From positions 1,169 to 65,168 of the forward strand of contig DATJXA010000066.1 in assembly GCA_035500675.1 (NCBI GenBank): 64,000 nucleotides of DNA. Reading direction: 5' to 3'. Origin of the DNA: Bacteroidota bacterium. Its GTDB lineage: Bacteria; Bacteroidota; Ignavibacteria; UBA10030; UBA8401. Shown piece after piece: positions 9,158-17,357 of this stretch (its first letter is position 1; each line of letters opens with the position of its first letter). The position numbers and the translations under genes were made by a program. The notes below the pieces were generated by a model. It saw only the letters and a program-made list of their open reading frames with translations. It was not told where the DNA came from and searched no databases.

Positions 9158-9191
9158 CCTTAATCTTGAAGGATAATACGGTGGAATTGTA

Positions 9192-9935
9192 CTACGCGTG
9201 TTTTTTACTCCAATATACCCGCTCCGCACTTTTTTCTGCCGTCGTTAAACTGCCAGGCGGCGGGATCATAAGGCGTTGACCGACATGGATAATATCAGGG
9301 TCTTTGATGCGATCCCTGTTGGCTTGCCAGATCTTCGGCCAGAGGAACGGGCTGTCATAGATTTTTTTCTTTTTTGAAATGTTCCAGAGACAATCACGGT
9401 ATTTCGACCAGGAACGCACGACGTAGTGCTCTTCCGATTCTGCTGCTGACGCCACCTTGGCGAGAGTAGACCGCAGATTGTCGATCTTGCTTTGAACTTT
9501 CTGCAAACGTTCATAGTAGCGCTCTACATCCGCAAGACGTTCTTTCATCAGATTGTCTTTTATTGCCTGTGCCGAATCGACGTCCGACCTGTGAGCATAA
9601 AGATCTTGGTCGGAAAGAGTGAGCAGCTCTGCGACGCGGCGTTCAAGATCCTGCAGACGCCGTTCAAAATCTGTCCGAACGGCATCGCTTGCGCCGGATA
9701 AAGCAAGGGTCTCATCTTTGACCGTCTGAATTTGCTTGTCCAGGCTGGCAAGAGCCGAACGCAGGGCGTCAATTTGTTTTGTGAGAGTCCCGAGTTCATT
9801 CTTGAGGCTGTCGCGTTGAGATGTGTATTCTGTGATTTGCTTCTGCCATTCCTCTTTCGAAAGTTTTTCCTGTGAACTGGCCGAGGTCGCGGCAATCAGA
9901 AGGAAAGCACAGAGTGAAAGTATTTTGAGTTTCAT
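9192..9935 (-). CDS. Secreted coiled-coil protein with C-terminal LysM peptidoglycan-binding domain
   Basis: The likely start is 'MKLKILSLCAFLLIAATSASSQ' (signal peptide) at 9935. It has long heptad-like Q/L/E/K-rich stretches. The C-terminus 'YVVRSWSKYRDCLWNISKKKKIYDSPFLWPKIWQANRDRIKDPDIIHVGQRLMIPPPG' is LysM-like. Confidence 0.75.
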   Translation of the reverse strand: MKLKILSLCAFLLIAATSASSQEKLSKEEWQKQITEYTSQRDSLKNELGTLTKQIDALRSALASLDKQIQTVKDETLALSGASDAVRTDFERRLQDLERRVAELLTLSDQDLYAHRSDVDSAQAIKDNLMKERLADVERYYERLQKVQSKIDNLRSTLAKVASAAESEEHYVVRSWSKYRDCLWNISKKKKIYDSPFLWPKIWQANRDRIKDPDIIHVGQRLMIPPPGSLTTAEKSAERVYWSKKHA

Positions 9936-9964
9936 GATGTTCTCCTGAATAAGTTCTTGTGCCG

Positions 9965-10231
9965 TCACTGCTGGCTTTGAAGCCGCTGCCGCGTTAATTT
10001 CTGATTGTTTTCTGCGGTTGCGAGCTCTTCTTTCTTTTGATTGACCTGCGCTTCGAGCGCTGTCTTTTCAACCTCTTTTGCCGCCACTTCTTTTTTCAGC
10101 GATTCCGTTTCGGATTTAAGCTGGTCGAGCTGAGCCAATTCATCGGCCGTGGGACCGCTGCTGCATCCGGCAAACATCGCTGCGACGAAAACAAAGAGGA
10201 GCGCAAGTGAAACACTCCGTAGTTTTTTCAT
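9965..10231 (-). CDS. Small coiled-coil lipoprotein (Lpp-like)
   Basis: The internal ATG at 10231 gives 'MKKLRSVSLALLFVFVAAMFAGCSS' (lipobox FAG|C), followed by about 60 aa of coiled-coil sequence. The longer track ORF (to 10435) has a non-protein-like N-terminus. Confidence 0.65.
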   Translation of the reverse strand: MKKLRSVSLALLFVFVAAMFAGCSSGPTADELAQLDQLKSETESLKKEVAAKEVEKTALEAQVNQKKEELATAENNQKLTRQRLQSQQ

Positions 10232-10323
10232 ACCTGCTCCTTTGACTAGATGATCAATAGATGACACGGCAGACTTTTCCCCGTGCCCAGGACTGAGTTT
10301 CTTTAGAAAAGCGAATTGCGGAG

Positions 10324-10677
10324 TTAAGAACGCGGCGGGGCGCGAAGCGCTGTTGGCGAAAAAGATCGTGCGGGAGTCGGAAAAAATACTGCGGCTATTT
10401 CGCCGAACCGTTCCGAAGAGAGAACCGAGATCCATGGCTCAGCGGCATCTAGAATACAATGCTTGGAGAATTGTTCGGATGAAGTGAGATGTTTGTGGGA
10501 TGTCCAGAATGGAAGTTCGTCAAAAATAATGCTCCGGTCGGCCTGACCCGAGAGGGCTTTATCCGTCTTAAAGAAGAGCGCTTCATCCAGAAGATTCTTC
10601 GGACTAAGGGCTCCCGCGACGAGATACGCAGAGAGGATTATTCCGACCGCTAAACGATCGAACTTTGAAACTCTCAT
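10324..10677 (-). CDS. Hypothetical protein with N-terminal signal/anchor
   Basis: ORF only. 'MRVSKFDRLAVGIILSAYLVAGALS' looks signal-like. No recognised motifs. Confidence 0.3.
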   Translation of the reverse strand: MRVSKFDRLAVGIILSAYLVAGALSPKNLLDEALFFKTDKALSGQADRSIIFDELPFWTSHKHLTSSEQFSKHCILDAAEPWISVLSSERFGEIAAVFFPTPARSFSPTALRAPPRS

Positions 10678-10884
10678 ATCATAGAACGGAAGATGTCATA
10701 AACCTACATGTCTATATAATTAGACATTATTTTCGCTCTAATTGTTCCATTTCCAAAGAATCGGCCTGTAGGCCGTTGTACATTGATGAAATTGATGCAG
10801 GCTGAAAGCTTGTCCCGGAATATTTGGGGGGATAAGAGGCGATCAGTAAGGGGGTTTCATGCGTAGGCAGTCAACCAGATTTTT

Positions 10885-13857
10885 TTAAACCCCCGGCTTG
10901 AGTATAACTCCCATATTTTTATGCCCGTTCATTTTGACGGTCACCGGCTTGTCGAAACGGAGGTGCCGTGCATACGTCGCTTCCTCGACAGATTCCCGGG
11001 CGTTGAGCCATTCCCAATCCATGAACCCTTGGTTCGCGTGCGCATTCACGGTAAAATATCCCACCATGAATGACGTGAGATTCTGGAAAAAATGCGAACC
11101 CTGGGATGGAGTGACGTTGAAATCTTTCATGTTCGCTTCTACAATAACCGCGGCTCCCGAGATCTGGTCCCACGTGACGGGGATGCCGAGCCAAGGGTCG
11201 AGCGTTCCCCAACGCCCGACGCCGATCAAAAGATAAGGCGTTTGCGCTGCAACAAGTTTTGCGTTCAGGCGGCTTACCTCTCCTGCAACGTCGCGGCTTC
11301 TCGAACGGTCGAAGCGGTGAAAATCGACGACTACGACATCGCGAATATCTTTGAGCACTCCGTTCCCCAGAACATTGAAGCTTTGACAAATTAATTTCGA
11401 AGGGTCCACATCGCCGATATCTAATTCTTCCGCCTCGCGGTTGATAACAAGCGGACGCATCTGAAGCAGGCCAAACTCCTTCGGTTTCCCCTCTGGCACT
11501 GAAAGATTGACCGCAAATTCAATTTCGACCGGAGACCCCATTCCCCAACTTCCCATGTCGAGGATAAGCTCAAGCATTTCCGGGAGCGCGAAGACATGCC
11601 CTTTCAGAAGCGGAGCGAATGTCACAAGCCGCACCCCTTTGCGCGAGATGCCTTCCGAGATGACGTTGTTCTCGGGTGAATAGGTAGAGCCGATATAATT
11701 CAATGTCCCGTCATTCTCCGCGATCTGAAGGTCGAATTTCTTCACGAGCATATCGTGGTTCACGACGATCGCATCCTCATGCCCGGTCAACACGAGCGCA
11801 AAAAACTCATTCTGGTTGTTGTGAAGCGTGTCGTCGATCGACGACAATTGCTGCAGCGGATACTTCGGACAAAACCGCAACGCGTTCCCCCCGTCGACAA
11901 TAATTTTTCCAAGGCCGAGGGCGAGCGAGACGACGCCATCCTGTGAAGTTTGCGGGGGAATCGGATAGAAATTGTGGGACCTCCCCACTCCTGAAAAATC
12001 GGGATAAAATTTATCGTTGTGCGGGGCCCCGACCACCTTCTGGATCATCACCGCCATTTTTTCTTCCTCGAGCCGGTACGACGTCACGCGGATGTAGTCT
12101 TTCGCCGTTTGGTAGAAAGTCGAAGCGTAGACGCGCTTGATCGCGTTGACCAATTCTCCAAGCCGAGCGCGTTTATCCGGACTGTTGTTGGGAATCATGT
12201 ACGTTTCATAGACGCCGGCAAACGGATGATACTGGGAATCCTCCAAAAGGCTCGACGAGCGCACTGCGAGCGGTTGATCGATGAGCTCGAGGAATGCCGC
12301 AAGGCCTTCGAGAATTTCCGGAGGGAATTTCTTCGCCTCGAGAAACCGCCGGGTGATCTCGATGTCATCCGAGGCATTCAGCGCGTACTTGCGCAAATGA
12401 TTGTCGTCGAGGAATTGGTCGAACACGTCCGTTGCAACGACGATCGAAGGGGGCACAAAAATATGCGCTCCGTCGAAACGGCCGCGCACATCATAATTAT
12501 TGAGAAGGACGTTGACGAACCCCAGGCCGCGCGCTTTTCCTCCGAGCGAGCCGGTTCCGATACGCGCAAAACTGCTTGTCGCATCGAACGTGTCGGGGGC
12601 AAAGTCTGAGATCATCCCCCGCTGACGCTCCTTGCGATAGTCATGGAGTGAAGAGATAAGGTCGGCTCGCAGCGCTGCGACCGAAGGATAATCTGAAACC
12701 TGGCGTGGCCTCAAGCGGTGAGCGAGCCAAAATTCCGTGCGGGCTTTCAGCCAATTCGAAAAATGATTCCGCTCGCCGTGGTAGAGAATACTCTCTTCAG
12801 GAACTATACGGAGTTGTTCTTCGAGCGACCGCAAGTCATGCGCGCGTCCGACCTCTGTCCCATTCGCCGTCCGAAAAATGAAATCGCCGAAGCTAAAATA
12901 CTGAACCATGAACTGGCGCAGGTCTTCCAGCAGCGTCGGGGATTCCTTGAACAGGAACGACGCCCCGACAAGCCTTGCGCGCTCTTCGTTCTGTTGGACG
13001 TTCGACTGAAGAAGGACCGGAATATCGGGATGTTTCGTTTTGACATTTTTCGCAAATTCGATGCCTGCGAGAGCATCCTGTCTCCCACCGCGCGAGAAAT
13101 CGATGTCCGAGATGATGCCGAGAATGTCGTTTTGGTATTTTTCGTAATACTCCCACGCCTCCTCATACGTCGTGCAAAGAAGGATCTTGGGACGTGCGCG
13201 CATCCTCAAAAATTTGTCCGAGAGGTTAATTCCCTCCGAAATAAGGCGCTGCGACTGTTTAAGAATTTCGGTGTAAATAAGCGGTAGGTACGCGGAATAG
13301 AAGCGGACATTGTCCTCGATGAGAATAATGGATTGCACGCCTGCTGCCCGTATGTCGTTGTCGACGTTGAGCCGATCCTCCACATACTTAATGATCGCGA
13401 TCAAAATCCTGAAATCTCCCTGCCAGATAAAGACTCTGTCGAACACCGAGGTGTCGTGGTGAGCGAAAAGCTCCGTCAATTCCCGATTGTCGTAGCCGAG
13501 GAGGATCATAGGCATTTTGAGCCCTGCGTCGCGCACCATCTTTGCAAAAGTCACAGCGTGCATGTCTTCGATATGCGGAGTCGTGATGATCATATCGAAT
13601 CGGTTTTCTTCCCGTGCGAGAGCAATAGCCTCCTTTCCGCTCGAGACGCGCGTCAATTCCGGCGAATGGCTCAGACTCAAGCCTTGATATTCGTTGCGGA
13701 TCAGCTCGTAGAGCCTGCCGTCTTCTTCAAAAAGGTATGAGTCGTAAAGGCTTGCAACAAGAAGGATGTCGCGCACGCGGAAACGGGTGAGGTTTTGAAA
13801 CCCCTGGAATTGGGCACCGTGGCCCTGTTCAACCCCGAAAGGCTCGAAGGTGTGCAT
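10885..13857 (-). CDS. Two receiver-like domains fused to a PEP/pyruvate-binding (PPDK_N ATP-grasp) domain protein
   Basis: PPDK_N signatures: 'GTGSLGGKARGLGFV', 'PLAVRSSSLLEDSQYHPFAGVYETY', 'MAVMIQKVVG', 'FSGVGRSHNFYP', 'LALGLGKIIVDGG'. The N-terminal REC-like segments are 'ILLVASLYDSYLFEEDG...DMIITTPHIEDM' and 'IILIEDN...ILGIISDIDFSRGG...PVLLQSN...SFLFK'. Confidence 0.85.
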   Translation of the reverse strand: MHTFEPFGVEQGHGAQFQGFQNLTRFRVRDILLVASLYDSYLFEEDGRLYELIRNEYQGLSLSHSPELTRVSSGKEAIALAREENRFDMIITTPHIEDMHAVTFAKMVRDAGLKMPMILLGYDNRELTELFAHHDTSVFDRVFIWQGDFRILIAIIKYVEDRLNVDNDIRAAGVQSIILIEDNVRFYSAYLPLIYTEILKQSQRLISEGINLSDKFLRMRARPKILLCTTYEEAWEYYEKYQNDILGIISDIDFSRGGRQDALAGIEFAKNVKTKHPDIPVLLQSNVQQNEERARLVGASFLFKESPTLLEDLRQFMVQYFSFGDFIFRTANGTEVGRAHDLRSLEEQLRIVPEESILYHGERNHFSNWLKARTEFWLAHRLRPRQVSDYPSVAALRADLISSLHDYRKERQRGMISDFAPDTFDATSSFARIGTGSLGGKARGLGFVNVLLNNYDVRGRFDGAHIFVPPSIVVATDVFDQFLDDNHLRKYALNASDDIEITRRFLEAKKFPPEILEGLAAFLELIDQPLAVRSSSLLEDSQYHPFAGVYETYMIPNNSPDKRARLGELVNAIKRVYASTFYQTAKDYIRVTSYRLEEEKMAVMIQKVVGAPHNDKFYPDFSGVGRSHNFYPIPPQTSQDGVVSLALGLGKIIVDGGNALRFCPKYPLQQLSSIDDTLHNNQNEFFALVLTGHEDAIVVNHDMLVKKFDLQIAENDGTLNYIGSTYSPENNVISEGISRKGVRLVTFAPLLKGHVFALPEMLELILDMGSWGMGSPVEIEFAVNLSVPEGKPKEFGLLQMRPLVINREAEELDIGDVDPSKLICQSFNVLGNGVLKDIRDVVVVDFHRFDRSRSRDVAGEVSRLNAKLVAAQTPYLLIGVGRWGTLDPWLGIPVTWDQISGAAVIVEANMKDFNVTPSQGSHFFQNLTSFMVGYFTVNAHANQGFMDWEWLNARESVEEATYARHLRFDKPVTVKMNGHKNMGVILKPGV

Positions 13858-13962
13858 AGGGGAAGATCAGCAAACAAGAATCAAAAACAAAAGCCTTCCG
13901 AAGATGGATTAATTATTCAGAAGGTATAATAGACAATCGAACAGCCACTACTAATATCGCTC

Positions 13963-14050
13963 GCCACCAAGTCGCAAAGACACTAAGAAGATGACGAAAT
14001 CGCTTAACCAATAAATAGAAGATTTCTTTGGGCCTTGGAGACTTGGTGGC
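13963..14050. repeat. Intergenic palindromic (REP-like) element pair
   Basis: An 11-bp perfect inverted repeat, GCCACCAAGTC (13963-13973) / GACTTGGTGGC (14040-14050). The arms extend imperfectly (…GTCGCAAAGACACTAAGAA / TTCTTTGGGCCTTGGAGAC…). It lies between the gdhA stop and the start of the PPDK_N-like gene. Confidence 0.5.
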
Positions 14051-14071
14051 TTGCCAATATAATTATGTGTG

Positions 14072-15433
14072 TTACACCAATCCCTGGTCCATCATCGAAT
14101 CGGCAACCTTGAGAAACCCGCCGATGTTGGCGCCGTTGACATAGTTGCCCGGTGTGCCGAACCGGTTCGCCATTTCCACGCAGGTTTTATGAATGCTCTT
14201 CATGATAATGTGAAGACGGTTGTCAACTTCTTCGCGCGTCCAGGGCATCCGCATGCTGTTCTGCGACATCTCAAGGCCGGAGACGGCGACGCCTCCCGCA
14301 TTGGCAGCCTTTGCCGGACCGTAGAGAATTCCGGCGTCGAGAAATATTTTAACGCCGTCGAGCGTCGTCGGCATGTTCGCTCCTTCGGCGACGACGTACA
14401 CTTTATTTTTGAGCAGGTTCTGCGCATCCTTTGCATTGACCTCGTTCTGCGTCGCGCTGGGGAAAGCACAATCCGCTTTATGATTCCAGAGCGGGTTGTG
14501 ATCGAGTTTCGGGTCGGCCGGCGAATAGACAACGCCCTTGAATTTATCGGCGTATTCTTTAATTCTCCCGCGCCTCGTATTTTTCAATTCCATGACAAAG
14601 TCGAGCTTCTCTTTCGAAATGCCTTCTTCATCGTAGATGTATCCGTTTGAATCCGACAATGTCAACGCCTTACCCCCGAGTTGATTGATCTTCTCGACAG
14701 TGTATTGCGCAACGTTGCCGCTTCCCGAGACGAGGCATTTTTTCCCTTGGAGCGTCTGCCCTTTGGTCGAGAGCATTTCGGACGCAAAATATACCGCGCC
14801 GTACCCGGTCGCTTCCGGCCGGATGAGAGATCCGCCCCAATTCAAACCCTTGCCGGTTAACACGCCGGTAAATTCGTTGCATAAACGTTTGTACTGGCCG
14901 AAAAGAAAACCGATCTCCCTCCCGCCTACGCCGATGTCACCGGCCGGTACATCCGTGTTGGGGCCGATATGACGGGACAATTCAGTCATAAAACTTTGGC
15001 AGAAATGCATCACTTCGTTGTCGCTTTTTCCTTTGGGGTCGAAATCCGATCCCCCTTTTCCTCCGCCCATCGGGAGCGTGGTGAGACTGTTTTTGAAGAC
15101 CTGTTCGAACGCGAGGAACTTCAGGATCCCAAGCGTCACGGAAGGATGGAATCGAAGGCCTCCCTTATAGGGGCCGATGACGCTGTTCATTTCGATGCGG
15201 TAGCCTCGATTGATGCGGATCGTTCCGTGATCGTCCATCCACGGGACGCGAAACATAATGACTCGCTCCGGCTCGATCATCCTCTCCAAAATTTTTGCGT
15301 TGCGATATTCAGGATGCCTTTCAAGCACTGTGCTGAGCGATTCAGCGACTTCCTGGACCGCTTGATGAAATTCCGGTTCACTGGGATTTTTTGATTTGAC
15401 TTCAGCCATTAAGGCCGATACGTACTCTGACAT
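14072..15433 (-). CDS. gdhA: NADP-specific glutamate dehydrogenase
   Basis: The ATG at 15433 is preceded by GGAGGT. 'MSEYVSALMAEVKSKNPSEPEFHQAVQEV' and the active-site box 'LPMGGGKGGSDFDPKGKS' are typical of hexameric GDH. The product is 453 aa. Confidence 0.95.
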   Translation of the reverse strand: MSEYVSALMAEVKSKNPSEPEFHQAVQEVAESLSTVLERHPEYRNAKILERMIEPERVIMFRVPWMDDHGTIRINRGYRIEMNSVIGPYKGGLRFHPSVTLGILKFLAFEQVFKNSLTTLPMGGGKGGSDFDPKGKSDNEVMHFCQSFMTELSRHIGPNTDVPAGDIGVGGREIGFLFGQYKRLCNEFTGVLTGKGLNWGGSLIRPEATGYGAVYFASEMLSTKGQTLQGKKCLVSGSGNVAQYTVEKINQLGGKALTLSDSNGYIYDEEGISKEKLDFVMELKNTRRGRIKEYADKFKGVVYSPADPKLDHNPLWNHKADCAFPSATQNEVNAKDAQNLLKNKVYVVAEGANMPTTLDGVKIFLDAGILYGPAKAANAGGVAVSGLEMSQNSMRMPWTREEVDNRLHIIMKSIHKTCVEMANRFGTPGNYVNGANIGGFLKVADSMMDQGLV

Positions 15434-15704
15434 ACAAACCTCCGGGTGGGAAAAAATTCTATTCGAAGAAATTTTGGCGACTAGTAATTTCGTCGCGAAC
15501 TTTTTTGATGTGAGGTGAAGCGGTGAACAACTCGATGTAAATCGATTCTTTGGATTGCTATGGTCGCAAAAACTATGCCGCGGCAAGATGTTGCAGTTCC
15601 GGCGTTTAAACCAAGGTTTATTGCGATGAGGATTCCCCTTTTCTTAAAAATGCAACCTTCCATGGAAGAATTGTCATTTTTGGACTGGGGTGATTGTATT
15701 CTAT

Positions 15705-15780
15705 CGCAAAGACACAAAGACGTTAAGAATTTTAGTGTTGACGCTGCTGAATCCATCTTTGCATTCATTGCGTCCTTGCG
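15705..15780. repeat. Weak REP-like inverted element in the gdhA/pepT divergent spacer
   Basis: CGCAAAGACACAAAGACG (15705-15722) faces CGTCCTTGCG (15771-15780; reverse complement CGCAAGGACG). It shares the CGCAA(A/G)GA core with the elements at 13963 and 17231. Confidence 0.3.
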
Positions 15781-15931
15781 GTTAAAAACTCAAGATCATT
15801 TATTGGAAGCGGCACAAACAACTGTCGAGGAATTTCATTCCAAAATTTTCGCCTGTTTTTTTAACTCAAACTTGTTATCTTCTCAAATCGAATTTATGCC
15901 GAAAGATAATATTTTATAGAGAGGGTTACGT

Positions 15932-17179
15932 ATGAACGAATCCGTATTAGATAGACTTCTCCGTTATGTGAAAATCGACACCCAGTCAAAAGAGGATGCT
16001 GAATCGTATCCCAGCACACCAAAGCAACTGGACCTTCTGAACCTGCTTACAAAAGAATTGCAACAGCTCGGGCTTAAAGACGCAGCAATGGATAAGTATG
16101 GATACGTCATGGCGACGATTCCGTCGAATCTTCCATCTAATCATAAAGCTGCGGGAAAAGTCCCCGTTATCGGATTGATCTCTCATGTTGATACGTCCCC
16201 CTCGGAAAGCGGCGCTAACGTAAAGCCGCAGGTCGTCGACTACAAAGGCGGAGACATTGTTCTTCCCGGAGATACATCGGTCGTTATTAAAGATTCTGAG
16301 AACCCGGAGTTAAAACACAATATCGGAAAGAAGGTCGTCACGAGCGACGGCACGACGCTTCTGGGCGCAGACGACAAAGCCGGCCTTGCGATCATCATGA
16401 CGACGGCGCAAACACTCCTCAATAACCCAAAGATATTACACGGAGATATCCGGATCGGCTTCACTCCTGATGAAGAGATCGGCGCCGGGACAAAATTTTT
16501 CGACATCAAAAAGTTCGGCGCTCAGTTTGCGTACACAGTCGACGGCGACACACCGGGCGAGCTCAACAAGGAGACGTTCAGCGCTGACCAGGCCGTCATC
16601 ACGGTGTTTGGAAGAAATATCCATCCCGGCTCCGCAAAAGGTATCATGGTGAACTCGATTCGCGCGATGGCGGATATTATTGTCCGGATGCCGAAAGACG
16701 TCGCCCCAGAGACCACTGAAGGGTACGAGCCGTACATCCATCCACATACGCTCGAAGGCGAAGAATCGAAGTCGACGTTGAAAATTCTTCTGCGCGATTT
16801 TAACACCCCAGGCCTGACCGTGTTGAAACGAGCGCTCGAAAAAATTATTGCCGAAGTGAAGCCTCTTCACCCAAAGGCGAACATCGAATTGAAGATCGTC
16901 GAACAGTATCGCAACATGAAGGACGGACTCGGAAACGATCCTCGTTTGCTCGGCTGCCTCGAAGAGGCGACAAAGCGAGCCGGTCTCGCCCCCGAATGGA
17001 AGCCAATTCGCGGCGGAACGGACGGTTCGAAGCTCACCGCAATGGGTCTGCCGACTCCGAATATTTTCACCGGCGGACAAAATTACCATTGCAAGAACGA
17101 ATGGGCGTCCGTCTACGGCATGGAAAAAGCCGTCGAGACGGTCGTCAATCTCGTTCAGCTCTGGGTGGAAAAGAGTTGA
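15932..17179 (+). CDS. pepT: Peptidase T (tripeptide aminopeptidase, M20B)
   Basis: 'MNESVLDRLLRYVKIDTQS', 'GLISHVDTSP', 'LLGADDKAGLAIIM', 'IRIGFTPDEEIG'. 415 aa, matching PepT architecture. Confidence 0.9.
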   Translation: MNESVLDRLLRYVKIDTQSKEDAESYPSTPKQLDLLNLLTKELQQLGLKDAAMDKYGYVMATIPSNLPSNHKAAGKVPVIGLISHVDTSPSESGANVKPQVVDYKGGDIVLPGDTSVVIKDSENPELKHNIGKKVVTSDGTTLLGADDKAGLAIIMTTAQTLLNNPKILHGDIRIGFTPDEEIGAGTKFFDIKKFGAQFAYTVDGDTPGELNKETFSADQAVITVFGRNIHPGSAKGIMVNSIRAMADIIVRMPKDVAPETTEGYEPYIHPHTLEGEESKSTLKILLRDFNTPGLTVLKRALEKIIAEVKPLHPKANIELKIVEQYRNMKDGLGNDPRLLGCLEEATKRAGLAPEWKPIRGGTDGSKLTAMGLPTPNIFTGGQNYHCKNEWASVYGMEKAVETVVNLVQLWVEKS

Positions 17180-17230
17180 ATCGTTTTTACACCAATACGC
17201 ACGGCATACTGTTGCAGGGCCACAAAGATA

Positions 17231-17308
17231 CAACGTCGCAAGGAAGGCAAAAAATTTATTCTCAGCCATTTTACGACCGACGCCTCACTTCGTCTCCTTG
17301 TGACGTTG
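17231..17308. repeat. Imperfect inverted repeat between pepT and the OPT transporter gene
   Basis: CAACGTCGCAAGGA (17231-17244) / TCCTTGTGACGTTG (17295-17308) match 13 of 14 positions, with a 50-nt spacer. Confidence 0.4.
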
Positions 17309-17357
17309 TGGCAAATTCTCTCCTCAGAAGATCAACTCATCCAAAAGGAAACCGTTA

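Noticed and set aside
9113-9194. Possible stop-codon read-through or nonsense mutation joining the LysM protein (TAG at 9192-9194) to the in-frame T9SS sorting-domain remnant.
   Set aside because: A strong terminator hairpin with a U-tract (9119-9157) lies between them. The linking peptide ('YNSTVLSFKIKECLPCHIGGRHFLYHE') is simply the translation of that hairpin. Sharing the frame has a 1-in-3 chance of being coincidence.
8945-9229. 94-aa minus-strand ORF overlapping the T9SS remnant region.
   Set aside because: It is in a different frame from the recognisable sorting-domain remnant and runs through the terminator hairpin. Its composition is not protein-like.
15434-15586. N-terminal extensions of track ORFs: gdhA to 15586, TPR to 22426, TonB receptor to 60779, RhaEW-type to 36950, Lpp-like to 10435, GalM to 30132.
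   Set aside because: In each case an internal ATG gives a canonical N-terminus. That N-terminus is either a signal peptide or a family-typical first residues, and it is often preceded by a GGAGG-like site. The extensions are Arg/Ser/Cys-rich and not protein-like.
15481-15919. ORFs of 95 aa (minus strand) and 119 aa (plus strand) inside the gdhA/pepT spacer.
   Set aside because: They overlap each other, contain the REP-like repeat, and have no motifs or plausible translation signals. I treated the region as non-coding.
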